A stretch of DNA of 64,000 nt from Asterias rubens (Eukaryota), in contig NC_047073.1 of NCBI RefSeq assembly GCF_902459465.1, forward strand, positions 14,694,001 through 14,758,000, given 5' to 3'. The notes beneath the pieces are model-generated. The model had not been told where the DNA came from and did no database searches. It saw only the letters and a list, made by a program, of their open reading frames with translations. Positions within the stretch are counted from its first letter, which is position 1. Each line of letters begins with the position of its first letter. A program made the position numbers and the translations under genes. Below, one piece after another: positions 1 through 13,799 of the stretch.

Positions 1-277
1 AATATATCAAGAGTTGTACTTATCATTCAAATTTGATTAATCCATTCCCCCTTCCTTCTTACCCATTAAAGGTTTTTGTAGATCAAGTTTTTTGGCCATG
101 ACATGAATCCCTACTCACTGTGAATGAAGATCTATGTTATATCATTTACCTGTAGAAGTTTTATCATCAATAGTCATCAAGTTTTTTGAGAAGAAAAAAA
201 GGTGAAAATCACAGAGCAATGTTTTTAGGAGAGAAAGCATAAGTCCGTTGCACATGCTATCAACAGTGACTCCTTAC

Positions 278-3200
278 CCTTGGTTCCAGCTGCTCGGTAT
301 CCTCAAGAACTTGACGTTTCTGCAGTCGAGGAAGAATGATGTCGCAAACTCTCTCCTCATGAAGTAACTCATCCATGTACTCGTCGACATGAGACAGATA
401 AAAATCTACAAGAAAATTACGAAAATACAAATGCTCAAATCAAAATGTTGAACCTCTGCATCGCCAGAATCGCTAAGGTTAAACAATCACCAGGGTGTGG
501 GTTGTATCCCGGTCATGACAGTTGTGTCTTTGAAGCAAGATGTGTCACTAAATAATTGCATCTGTTCCTGCAAGGCTAGACGTTAATATTGCAGGCCAGA
601 CACTTCACGGAGGCAACAAAGGCGATTGCCTCCATGCCCCTCTGGTCATTTGCCTTGGTGCCCTAGAAATGCTGTAGTAGATATTCACAGTTTCCTCATA
701 GGGTGCCCTTTACAGAGGAGATAATGCCTTGGTGCCCTTGCCCTTTTAAAAAACAAAGCATACAGGCCTAATATTGTGTTTGAAAAAAGACTTTGAAGCC
801 CCACAGCAGCTCAGGACTATACATACTCCCAAGGGAGCTGAGAAAGATTAAAGGAATGTTGTTGGCCCCATGACCAGGGCACTAATGTAAAGTGCATCGA
901 TCAGTTATTGAAAAAACCGCTAAATATAAGAACTGTACATGTAGTTATTTAATTGTTAACCCTTATAAGGTGCTAAATAATTGGGTCTCAGAATTCATCA
1001 CTGCAATTACCTATCTTTCTGAAAGTTTGTTTATACTCAGCGCCTTGAGTACCTTGTTTGGTACGTGCGCTATATCAGACTTCAATATTATTGTTATTAC
1101 TGGGTTAGAGACAATATTTCCATGCACAGCCACAGGCCTGCTACGATCATGAGGACAGTCCCCCGCTAAATGTTCTGTAACAATAATATGTTTGTAGTCA
1201 CCTCCTTCTTTATCTTGTTTTCTGATCTTCCTGTAGTCGTTGTAGAGCGGCTCTATGTACTTGAAGATGTCCAGCGATTCACCCGTCAGCCTCATGTATG
1301 TAGCTCCTAAGGCTCGGACGTACCTGTGATGGGATAAATTTGAATTTTTATTTTTAACATAAAGCTATTTGAAGGTATAATATTTGGTCTTTTTGAAAAA
1401 AATAGGAACATTTTTATAGAATTCAAGGACCGGCCTGCATTGTACATATTATGGTGTAGGCTTTAACAGACACTTTAGAGTATTTTAGTCACAATTTTTA
1501 AAAGATTTTTTCAAAGTCAAAACGGACTTAAGTAGGAAGAACATCATGCCTGTATTATATGGGATTCAAGGCATTGCATGGTGAGGTATCATTGTGTACT
1601 TGCGGTAACAACTTATGTATATATCTACTTTGAGAACTTTTCTTACTATTTATTCTGCTGCCATGGAGTAAATATTCAAAATTCGGGAGAATGTGCATGT
1701 AGTCCTGAAATGAACTGTCCTGCTTATTAACTACTGCCTGGGCGGAGAGTAGGAAATCGGCGGGGACTACTACTTTAGCTTAGTGGATCAAGGGTACTTC
1801 ACTCTAAATACTTCACTGCCAGGGAATGAGTTCTTAAATGGTATTATTGACAATTGCCTCAAAAGTGCATCCAATTCTCAAGCCTAGTTCAAACTTGGCA
1901 GTTTTAACACTTTAATATTAAAGTCACAAATCCGAATATTTCGCAATTCACCCTGAAAACAGAGTTGTGAGGTCAACATTCCCTTCGCATTCGTATTCAC
2001 AGGAAGTATGAACCGTACTTCACTCGTGCAAGAATCGGTTGAAATTCTAAAAAAACTTGGAGAGGCATAAAGTTGGAAGAGTTTGAGCTAGTTTCAAGTG
2101 ATTTAAAACTCACTTAAAATCCTCATTCTTAATGAACTCAATGATGATATCCTTCTCCGGTTGAATCTGAAGCATCTTCAATATGAGGCAAAGGAAGGGG
2201 CTCGGCTTGATGTTACCTCCGTACGTTCCACCGATGTAACGAAGCTCCATGGCTTTGTCCACCAATAACTCGGCTGTTAACAAGAAAATAATTAATTTGT
2301 GTAATAATTTGTTTATCGAATTCATTTGAATTGTATAAATAATTCATGTATTCTTTGATAGTGCTGCTAAGTTGCATATTTGTTATATAAACAAACAGAA
2401 CAAAATCTACTGGATTTTTCAAAAGAAGTGGGTGGAAAAAACAAAGCCAACAAGACAAAACCGAAAACAAATGGAAACGATGACAAACCGACAGTGCACA
2501 CTGACTTTGTTTGATTTAGTATTTTTTTACCATAATTGCATAAATAAATAAAAATATGGCAGTTTTGTCAAACAAAGTGATTTACCACTACCATGACTAC
2601 TCCACACCACACTGACTGTCAGTCATGTCAGTAGTCACTGATCCTGAAACATACCCCGACTTGTTACATAACAGCAAATGTTTCGCTCGATGTCATACAA
2701 ATATGATCTGCACCTTTTTAGCCATAGCCCACCATTTCGAAAGGCAGTCTGTTAGTGTTAGTGCCAGCAGTGGCCATTGTGTTTTTTGTTTACATTGAAT
2801 AATGTGCTGTCTGTGCAGTGACTGCTTTGGACCACCTGGGCCCAATTTCATAGCGCTGCTAAGCATCAAAATTTGCTTAGCAGGACATTTGTTCCTTGAT
2901 AAAAACAGGAATGCCATCCAAATTTCCAGTCTTTGCATGTTGCTTCTTACTGGTATTCAGCTGTTGTTTGCTAGTACTGAAAATCACGTGGAAATTTGGT
3001 TGGCATTCCTGTTATTATAAAGGGAGAAATTTCATGCTAAGCAAATTTGTGTGCTTATTGTAGCAGCGCTATGATATGAGTATGATTGGGCCCTGCTGCA
3101 GTTGCTATCTCAGCTCAGATCTGCTGTGTGCTTTTTTAATACAAATTTCAAGTTGTTTTTTTTATCAATATAAAGAGAGTTGGCAACTAAAAATTACAAA

Positions 3201-3331
3201 CCTGTAAGCGCAAAACACTCCTCTTTCCAGTACTTTGATTCGTAGATCCGAGATCTGATGATTTTCTCCACCAAATACTGTGGATTTGTGCCTTTGACGC
3301 TGTGCGCGTCTTTCACTGTGCGATTCGCCAT
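278..3331 (-). CDS. PRPF38A: Pre-mRNA splicing factor 38A, coding exons 1-4 (3' part lies left of the window)
   Basis: Minus-strand exons 3331-3202, 2273-2114, 1323-1202, 405-278, all GT-AG and in phase. Translation MANRTVKDAHSVKGTNPQYLVEKIIRSRIYESKYWKEECFALTAELLVDKAMELRYIGGTYGGNIKPSPFLCLILKMLQIQPEKDIIIEFIKNEDFKYVRALG...LYNDYRKIR...HVDEYMDELLHEERVCDIILPRLQKR matches the PRP38 domain of human PRPF38A as I recall it. Confidence 0.97.
592..770 (+). mobile_element. CAGGCC-terminal MITE with apparent 6-bp TSD, inside a SINE copy
   Basis: ATATTG at 586-591 and 771-776 (an 8-bp reading is also possible here). Family copies at 16062-16243, 29010-29196 (reverse) and split at about 34950-35362. Confidence 0.7.
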
Positions 3332-3701
3332 TTTGTTTGAGGTCACAGGTCAAATCCTGCATTACATGCTGAATAATTTGTTTCAACCGTTCACTTTAAG
3401 TTTTCTGATTGAATAGCTCTTTTATTGCGCAAAATTAGTATTTTATATAATAAAATATAACTTTAAATATAGCATGAGTATATTTTTATATTTTTAGACA
3501 ATAAAATTACTATTTATCAACTTAATAAACTTATTATAATGAATAAAGCCCCAAATCTTACACGAAAAAAGGCTAGGCGGAACATTGAGGAAAGCGCCCT
3601 CAATCGCTCACGTGGTTAATTTAAAGACCACTTTCGCGCGAGTTTGGTGTGTTGAGCTGTCTTTGGTGATAGCCGAACAACATTTCGTGTAAATTTGTGC
3701 A
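3332..3701. promoter_or_regulatory. Bidirectional promoter region PRPF38A/ORC1 with an E2F-type site
   Basis: The divergent start codons are 370 bp apart. TTTCGCGC (E2F consensus TTTSSCGC) lies at 3632-3639 and CHR-like TTTAAA at 3620-3625. ORC1 is a known E2F target in human and fly. Confidence 0.7.
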
Positions 3702-6700
3702 ATGAGTTCTCGAAGGAAACTGAGTTCGAATGGGGGAAACTCATCTGCATGGATTGGACCCAAAGGAAAATCTCGTCGTGGTAAAACATATTACGAGTGA
3801 GTTTCTTTCATTTTTATTGTTCACGATCGATGCGATGGTGTGGCGAGAGTGTGGTGACTACGTACTTGTCAGCTTGTCACATTCCTATGTGATGTCACGA
3901 CCTGTGTTTGTTTAGCATGTGGTGTGGATGTATCATGGAGGTAGAAATACACACACTCGCACTGTCTCTCTGTAGACTACGTGTGTGTATAGTATTATTG
4001 ACTTTTGCTGATCTGTTGTATATAGGGATGGGCTTTTGGTTTTGGTGAGGGGTCGTAGTAGCACCTCACTGAACTGAATGAAAGTTATTATAGCAATGAG
4101 TTTATAAAAAAACAAAACAACACAACTAAGAAAAACTGCATAGCCCCCAATCATATAGTAAAACGGAAATCAGTTTTTCGTAAAAAACGGATTAAAAAAA
4201 GAAGCGAAATCAATGATTTCATGTTGAAATTATCCGAATTATCGACAAGGTCACAAGTAAGTGTTTTTCATTCTTTCACTTCAGTTAAAACTTAAACTCA
4301 GGGATTTGTTTGGAAAAGTTTCCGTATGGCGCCACCACTTTTTCATTCGATATGAAATAATATAGTATCTAATTTACCTCAATGATATATCCCTTTTTGT
4401 AAAAATGAGTGAAAAAGTGGTGGCGCCATACGGAAAGTTATCCATTTGTTTTTTTTTTGCCTAATAATAAAAAGTTTTGGGTTGCTGGCAGTTGTTGAAA
4501 ATGAAATTGAGTTTTAAACTTTTATTTAGGGTGCATTCAATAAGCTTCCCTGTGTGATGTGTGACCCCGCGGTGTTCATTCGGGTGAGCCCCTCTGCTCT
4601 GACAAAAGCTAATCGAACGATCACACTCCCCCTTTCGTGGTGACATCATGCACCTCGGGCCAGCCCCAAGTGACCTGTTTCACAAGAAGGGCACTTGGGG
4701 CTGACCGGGGTGAGCCCCTGGAGCAACGTCAAAGCTATTAAAATATACCGGTGGCAGATCGGGGTCGACCCGGGGAAGCTAATCAAATTCACCCAATGCA
4801 GAGTCATTTTCATAAAGGAATTACAAAATGAATGGCGACGCTCTTCCCAGTTAGTTTCCCTTGTGCTTTTATATTACGGAAGTAAAAAGTCGCCTGCCCT
4901 CTGATCCCTCTGCTGCAAATTCTCAGGTCGTATTTATAAAACTTCTCCTGGGTTGTGTGGCTGGTGCAGGGGTGATTTTGCCTCGCTGTAGGGTCGCTGT
5001 TAGTTCAGCCATGCCGAGGCCACTCCACCTGGTGAGGCTGTTGATCCAGCAGAGTTTGAGTTTTCCAACATGTCCAACCCCCGCTTTGTTCAACTAAGAA
5101 TGACTGAAGATTATAATTTGTCTTTATCTTTCCCAGGGCACTAAGAATTGAGAATGAGGTGATGGCAATCGGTGATTACGTATTCATCGACAGTGAGGAA
5201 GATGAACTGAGTTTTGTTGCACAGGTCGTTGACCTCTTTAACAATGGTAAATATAAAATAATAATAATAATAATCAGATTTGTAATGCGCACGTATCCAC
5301 CCTGCTGGGTGTTCAAGGCGCAGTAAAAACCAAAAACAAACAAAACAAAGAAAAACAGACACAACAAAATTAGTCCTTGAAAACCTGTGACATAAGATAA
5401 GTTTTGAGAAGAGATTTGAATGTTGTGGTACAAACACAAGATCTAAGATTAAGTGGTAGAGAGTTCCAGATGCGCAGCTGGAGAAAAAGACCTGTCACTC
5501 CATGAGTGTCGAGACTAGGGCCAATGAGAAGAAGCATGGAAGTAACAAGAATACCAATACGAAGCATTTATTTTGTGCTATTCGAAGAGCAGAGCGCTTT
5601 ACAGGAGACAAGAAAAAAGAAAAAAAAAACAAAGAACCGAATATCTTGAGGAGATGTTTGATTACAGGCAACAAGATTGCTTCTCTCAGACAATAGACTG
5701 ATCCACTAAGCTCCGCCCCGTTGCGTATTGACCAATCACAACGCAACGAAGGTCCGACAAATAAGGTCCAACATGCATTCGCATATCTTGGCGCGCGCGA
5801 CAGAGTTGTGCAGAAAGGCATTGGAGAGCCCCACGTGTTTTGCTCACACGTGCGTCGCGGGCGGAGCCTACTGGATCTGTCTATTGTTTGCCAAAATCAC
5901 CTCCCTGCTTTGTTCTCATCCTTATACCATGTGGCTGTGCCGAGATATAGAACAAAGAGCTACTCCTTGCCTGGTTCATGTTTCCCTTCATCCTATGATC
6001 TGCCATCTTTTAAGAGGAATATCAATTCCTACCTTCAGCTTCACTGAGTTTCTGCATTTCTATGTTTTCTTCCTTGTAGCCCTTTACCTAGAGTGGCTTT
6101 TAGACTTGTTTTTGGACAAACTGAAATAATAATAATAATTACTTAAACTGCCTAACATTTTTATTTCAATACAGATCTAGCCGATCCAGAGGCGGATGAC
6201 AATCGTCGCGCCATTGTGCAGTGGTACATGCGTCCGAATGAGTTAAGAGAACGAGTCCGCGATGCGCGCACCCTACCAGAAGACTTGGATCCCGCCAGCA
6301 CGACTGAGGTGATTTTATTTGATTCTAAATCTGACCGAATCACCGAGAAAGAGATCGATGCTGAGACCATCATCGGCAAGTGTAAGGTGAGCTTGATCAA
6401 GAGAACTTGTTCCTCATGGCCGAAGGAAGGGGCTGTAAGAACCCAATTTTATGGCCCTGCTTACTGTATAATTCTGCGCTTACAGCCACTCGAAATTCAG
6501 TGTATGCTGTGTAAGCAAAGAATGCCTAGTAACGTGGAGAACGCATGTGCACTAAAAGCCAAAATTACCTAAAGGGATCCCCCTAGCCTGTGAAATACGC
6601 TTGACATAAACGCAGAACTCCCTACTTCCATAAGAGCAGGTCCCAATTTCATGGCTCTGCTTACCGTAAGCACAGAATCGGCACTTATGGAAGCAGGGAA

Positions 6701-9700
6701 TTCTGTGCTTACGGCAAGCGTATTTCACGGGTTAGCAGCGAATTTGGGCTTCTGCGCGTGCGTACTTCACGTCTAGGCATTCTACGCTTACAAGGCTAGC
6801 GCAGAAATTTGGCGCTTGCGCGTAAACGGGGAATCGCGATCGTAAGCGCAGAATTCGGCGGTAAGCAGAGCCATGAAATTGGGCCCTGATTCTTTGCAGA
6901 GCCATTAATTTTAGTTCTTGATGTTTTGAATGCATCAACTGAACTAGTTGTTAAAGGGTTCAGTTCATTAGTGGAACCCACATACATGTACGATTGCCAG
7001 TATGCATGTCCCGATCCACACAATCAGTGTGCAAAGGATTTTGGTTCAAAAAATATACACTTTTAAAACTTTATGTGTATTAATACTTCATTACGAAATA
7101 GAAACGAAAGGTTTTAGACTCCATGTCAACATTTGAACACATTTTTTCACAAGCGTTTTAAGATTTTCTTATTCAACTGTCAAACCACAGCACAAAACAC
7201 AGGTAGTTTACTGGCCTGACACTAAAACTACTGCCCTCATGTAAAATTTGAGCCCTGCTTAAATATTGGGCTAAATACACAAGTTCTTATAAAGATTATT
7301 AATGTCTTGCCTTTCTTTACTCTAGATTGTCAAAGTAGCATCAGATGCCCCACTTCCAAAGCAGACCTCTGATGAGGGTCTTCCGGTGCTCTACGTCCGA
7401 TGGTCATTTGACGGCCATTCCTGTAAGCCAGTGATCAACACCAGGAGAGACATTGGTGTGGCCCCTGGCAAGACCCCTAGCAAGACCCCTGGCAAGACAC
7501 ACGCCAAGACCCCTGCCAAGATCTCTGCCAAGACCCACGTCAAGACCCCTGCCAAGACCCCAGCCAAAACACCAAATAAGAAAAAAAAGATCAAAGAGCT
7601 GGACAGTTCTAAAGTCAACGGGGTTGTGAAGTCACACAAGACGCCTAAAAGCAAAGAACATTCTAAACCAAAAACCCCTAAAAATGGTAAGAATTGTTTG
7701 GTTATGTCTGATTTTCCAACTTTTTTTTCCCCTGTCAGGAAGATCAGCTAAATGGTTATTAAAAAGCATGAAAACAAGAAAAAAAAATGGTTTGTACATG
7801 CAGTCCAGCCCTAGTACTGCTTTTTCCAAAAGTCATGCTTGTGCATTGCACATTGGATTTTTTAAAGGCAGTGGACACTATTGGTAATTACTCAAAATAA
7901 TTATTAGTATAAACCCTTACATGGTAATGAGTAATGGGGAGAGGTTGATAGTATAAAACATTGTGAGAAACGGCTCCCTCTGAAGTATCGTAGTTTACGA
8001 GAAAGAAGTAATTTTCCAAGAATTTGATTTCGAGACCTTAGATCAAGCATCTGAAAGCACACAACTTCGTATGACATGGGCGTTTTTTTCTTTCATTATC
8101 ATCTCGCAACTACGATGACCGATGGAGCTCAAATTTTGATAGGTTTGTTTTTTGATCCATATGTTGAGATACACCAACTGTGAAGACTAGTCTTTGACAA
8201 TTACCAATAGTGTCCACTGGCTTTAAGGCTTCTCCGAGCATCTATAGGAAGATTTTAAGAGAGTTTTTGTTGTTGTTTTTTTCAACAGAAAACAAGTCCC
8301 CTTGCCCACGCTTGAATTTCTCCGACGTAGATGTTCTTGACGAGATCTTCAGCAGCGACGAAGGGAGTGATCAAGTTGAACTAATTGACCTCCCCAAAAG
8401 AACACCCCTGCAAAAGAGGCAGGCCAATAAAAACACTCCGAGCGCTCTGTCGATCAAGAAGACACGCTTCACTGACTTAGATATTTTTCTCCCGAGTCTC
8501 AACGTAAGAAAGTTGAACATTTCCAATTCTCCGATAAAGGGGCATTCTTACACTGATCTGAAGTCGCTCTCAGAGGTTAAGAAGGAACCTGTCGATGGAC
8601 TTCACCAGAAATTCAGTCAGTCTGACCTCAATGTGATTCCAAGGAGAAGGGATGGACGCTGCCAGTCTGAGATCAAAAGCAAGAGCCACAGTAAGAGAGA
8701 AAGTGAGCCGGCTGCCTGTAGGACTCCGAACGATGGACTGCTGCGAGGTAGGAAGGTGCCTGCAAGTAAGAAAATTGTGTTTGATGAGGATAAAGACGGG
8801 CTGCTTAGGGGGAGGGAGAGTAAAAAAACGATGCTTGAAGTTGTTTTCTGTGGGGATGATGATGTTGAAGACTTTGTAAGCGATAAGAATGAAAGGAAAC
8901 AGAAGCAGAAGAAGGTGGGTGGTGACTCAAAGCAGAAGTCTGCAAAGCGGAAGTCTCTTCCAGCCAAGAGGATAGCTCTAGATGAGGACAGCGAGGAGGA
9001 AGTGAAACCTAAGCAAGGAAGGCCTAAGAAAGCCACGATGGGATGTCGAAAAGATGAAAGTGACGATGAGGGAGACAGTGATGTGGAAGATGTGAGGACA
9101 ACAGTACGACAAAGCAAGAACCAGAGAACTCATCGGCGGAAGTCTGTTCCAGCAAGTAGGGTAAGTCTTGAAGATGAGGATGTCGAGACGGGGGCACAAC
9201 GGAAGAGAGGAAGACCAAGATCAGTTAAGAAGACCTCCAAGAAGGAAGAAAGTGATGATGGAGATGATAGTGAGTTCGAAGAGCTGTCCAGCGATGAAGA
9301 AATCATCATCAAAAGGAGAAAAACTCCTGCGAAGAAATCAAAGAAGAGTGCAGCACCAAAGACGCCTCTCTCTGTAAGTATGAAATCTTACCGTCACAAA
9401 TTTACATTCAAGTAGCCATCACTTAAAGGGTTTGGGTACATTTTGTTGATCAAGACTTGACATGAACCCATACCCACTGTGAATGAATATGAATGTAATA
9501 TATTTTACTTGTAGAAGTTTCAGCTTCAATACAGTCATGTTTTTCGAGGAAATAGTGAAAATCACATAGCAATGTTTTTAGGAGAGTCAAGTACATGTAA
9601 TTACGTTGTACATTGAAAAAAAAAGTTGATTTTAGGAACAAGTCTTGATTATTATTTTTTTCAGAAAAAGGTACAGAGCAAGAGTAAAACACCAAGGAAA

Positions 9701-12700
9701 GAGGCCATACCACACATCACAGAGCGGAAAACACCATGTAAAACACCTGCTAAAGTACTGGAACATGCCAGGGCACGGTAAGTTTAAACAAAAAAGCCTC
9801 AAACCTTAAAACAAACTCTTTTCAAAGGCTCTGGGGTCGGTTTCACAAAGAGTTAGGACTAGTCCTAGGAGATATTGAAAACCTAAGGCCAGTCCAAAGT
9901 TTGGACGAGTAACTTGTACTAATTCGAGATAAGAGTAGTCTTAACTCTTTGTGAAATTCACCCCTGGTTCACTTGGTGTATCCTAACATGTGCATGAAAG
10001 AACAAACCTGTGAAAATTTGGGCTCAATTGGTCGTTGAAGTTGCAATTGTAAAATAAGCACTCATCACAACATTTTGATTGCTTTTTCCTGCAGATTGCA
10101 CGTTTCAGCCGTACCTGATTCTCTTCCTTGTCGTGAGCACGAGTTTGCCGACATTTACACGTTCGTCAAAAGTAAAATCCTAGACGGCACTGGAGGGTGA
10201 GTGACTGAGAAAAGATCTTGTCAACGATTTTTCACAACTGTTTTGCATTTCATTCATTCTGGGCCCAATATCATAGAGCTGCTAAACCCAAAAATTTGCT
10301 TACCATAAAATTTCTTCCTTATCAAGGAAGAAATCTCATGCTTAGCAAATTTTTGTGCCTAGCAGTTCTATGAAATTGGTCCCTGATTGTCAAGCCAAGG
10401 ACTCTCAGAAAAGAGAACTTAATTGCTTTACTAGCCGAGAACCAATTGAGAGAAGACAATGAAGGAAGTTTCAATTTTAGATGTGGGAGGAAAATCTTAG
10501 AGATTTATTCTAGGGGAACCCCACACAGTCAGATAGGAAATGAAAATTCAATTTGTGTAAAAAAAAAGTTACAGGCATATTAATCGGATGGGAGTCGAAC
10601 CCACGACCTTTGCAACTCTAGAACAGTGCTGTGCTAACAAACATCGGTGTATGTAAGGGTAAAACCAAAATTAACAAACAAAAGATGGACAATAGTCAAG
10701 GTTGTTTTTTGTTATTTCATGCCCAGGTGCATGTACATCTCAGGTGTGCCGGGTACCGGGAAGACGGCGACGGTAACCGAGGTGATGTCATTCCTTAGGA
10801 GGGAAGAGGAAGAAGACGAGGAAATCCCAGAATTCACCTTGATTGAGATCAACGGAATGAAGTTAACGGAGCCTCATCAGGCATTTGTGCAGATCCTCAA
10901 GGTATAATGAAAGAAACTGTTTATCATTTTTTGTTTTGATCTTTTTTGGGGTGGGGGGGGGAAAGGGGTAGTTGTTGTTTTATAAAACAAAATGATGAGA
11001 GATGGAATAACATCACAAGAACATAGAGGACACCTTCTTGGTAAGGGCGACACTTAACTGATTTGGGCTATCCACCCAAATCAACCTACTACTAAGTATC
11101 ATCCACTTGGAGCCTGGGTGGTAGTGCATCCAGAGTTTTAATGAAACAAATCTGGTTAAGTGCCTTTCTCAAGGGCACAAGTGTCATGACCGGGAGTCAA
11201 ATCCACACTGCTGGGTCCGGTGAAAACACCCTTGGTGCACAAATTTGTGTGCTTTCAGATGCCTAAAAAAGGCTTCAGGCCTGAAGTCTTTTAATATTTG
11301 AGTGAGATATTACCTCGTTTCTCAAAAACTACTTTACTTCAGAGGGAGCCGTTTCTCACAATGTTTTATACTATCAACAGCTCTCCATTGCTCGTTGCGA
11401 AGTAAGTTGTGATGCTAACAATTATTTTGAGTAATTACCAACAGTCTCCAGTGACTTTTATATTATGAAATTGAATCTCTGTTTGTGTTTAGAACCTGAC
11501 TGGTCAGAAGGCGACACCCGAGCATGCATCTCAACTGCTGGAGAAATACTTCACAACAGCTTCAGGGAGGAAGACACCTGTTGTACTCCTCGTGGACGAG
11601 GTGGGTGGGGGGATCAAGGGTCATAAATGGGTGTGGTTAAACCCGACCTTTGTCCCTGTAGTTAAGAACCTCCCATAGACTTTGAACACAATATTCCTTG
11701 TGGATCACCCCGGTCTTTAGAATTCCCATGAGAGACCTTATGATTTTCCCTTTTTTGTTTTGTTCTCAGTCTCCTTAGGGTAGTGGATATGAATTCACTC
11801 ATGTGGCAGCACAAGTACATGTACAAAAAGCCTATTTGGAATTGCAGCTGCGCATGTCTTCTACTGCTGACAACGGATTTTGTCTATCTCCCGTGACTCT
11901 CTGGTGTTGTCAAATGGTCACGGGAGATAGACAAATTGTGTTGTCAGCAGTAACAGACATGCGCAGCTGCAATTCCGAAGTGGCTTGTAGACCCTTGTGA
12001 TTGTCAGAATTTTAGAATTTGGAAGAATTCTTAGTTCTGAAAAGAACTGTCTTGCCTATTAAGTATTACCTTGGCGGCAGGTAGGAAATCGTACGGGACT
12101 ACTACTTTGGCTTAGTGGATTGAAGATTGTGATTGTCAGAATTTTAGAATTTGGAAGAATTCTTAGTTCTGAAAAGAACTGTCTTGCCTATTAAGTATTA
12201 CCTTGGCGGCAGGTAGGAAATCGTACGGGACTACTACTTTGGCTTAGTGGATTGAAGGGAGTTCTCTTTTATTAACTTATTCTCGTTCCCTTCTCTCTCC
12301 CTGTCTATTTGATATTCTAGTTGGATCTGTTGTGGACACGTAAGCAAGGTGTATTATACAGCCTTTTTGATTGGCCAAGTCGACCCAAAGCACGCCTGAT
12401 TGTCCTAGCCATCGCTAATACTATGGATCTACCAGAGAGGATCATGATGAATAGAGTGTCTAGCAGACTGGTAGGTGGTTTGGCTTTGTTTGTTGTAGGT
12501 GTACTTCTAGTGATGCTCGAGTGCTGGGAGTAGCCCCAGGAATTACACAAATGCGAGAATGGTTCCACTAGTACTGGCACCCCAGTTTGATTGGCAGGGG
12601 GAGGGGTGTCGGAAACCTAAGAACCTAGCAAAAGCTTCAAGCAAAGAATCGGCACTTACGGGAGTAGGAAATGCTGTGCTAAGGTCAAGCCTATTTCATC

Positions 12701-13764
12701 GGTAAGCGGTGAATTTTGGCTTGCAATACTAGCGGAGAATGGCGATTGTAAGGGCAGAATTTTGCGGTATAAGCAGAGCCATGAAATTGGGCTCTGGAAG
12801 CCTGCTACAAAGAAATATTGTTCCACTTTATCAGAGGGTTAGATCTGGGTGGGTCGGTAAGTGGTCTTGCCAAAAGAAAAACCATCAGTAGTACCGCCTT
12901 AAGTTTTAGACCTTTTGACTTTTGTGTCACCCCTGCAAAAAAAGTTAAGTTGCCCTAACCTTCTCATACTCTCTTGTTTGACCCTTGCCCCTTCTAGGGT
13001 TTAACTCGGATGACCTTCCAGCCGTACACCTTTAAGCAGCTCCAGAGCATTGTGCAAAGTCGTCTGGAGGGACTGAGGGCATTTGAACCCGACGCAATCC
13101 AACTTGCTGCAAGGAAGGTAAGAAATCAAAAACTCCCTCACTAGGTGGCAGCGGACTTTAAGGCGCTTGCGTTGGAAGGGACTATTCACCAGACAAAAAA
13201 CACACGCAAAGAAGTTTTAAACGATGATTTAGAGGACAAAATACATACACAATGGATATTGTTGATTGGTTTTAATGAGTGCATTTTTACTTCCAAAAAC
13301 GTGTGTTGTATTGCAACTTCGATGACCAATAGAGTAAAAAATTTCACAGATTTGTTGTTTTATGCATATGTTGGGATACACTAGTGAGAACACTGGTCTT
13401 TGACATTTACCAAACGTCTTAGGTGGTTGGAGGAGAGCATTTTTGACAGGTTTGTTTTCCCTTTTTTTTTTTATTCTAGGTTGCAGCTGTTTCAGGAGAT
13501 GCCAGGAGAGCGTTAGACATCTGCCGACGTGCAACAGAGCTTGCTGAAGCAGCCAAACCAACAGGGAAAGGGAAGGGACCACTGGTGGGGATGAAACATG
13601 TCGATACTGCTTTAACAGAGATGTTCAGCTCACCAAAGATCATTGCTATAAGGTATGCCTAACCCTCATACTAACCCGTGAAAAGGGTTGAAGTAAGCGC
13701 GGAATTCCCTGCTTCAATAAGTGCCAAATCTTTGGTTACGGTAACCAGAGCCATAGAATAAGTT

Positions 13765-13799
<35 letters not shown>

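Noticed and set aside
8617-9377. Overlapping ORFs (166 aa minus strand and others) over ORC1 exon 5
   Set aside because: Antisense or alternate-frame shadows of a low-complexity Lys/Glu/Asp-rich exon.
10565-10635. Possible tRNA gene on the minus strand (GGTTCGACTCCC B-box)
   Set aside because: No complete cloverleaf or acceptor stem; best explained as a SINE head fragment.
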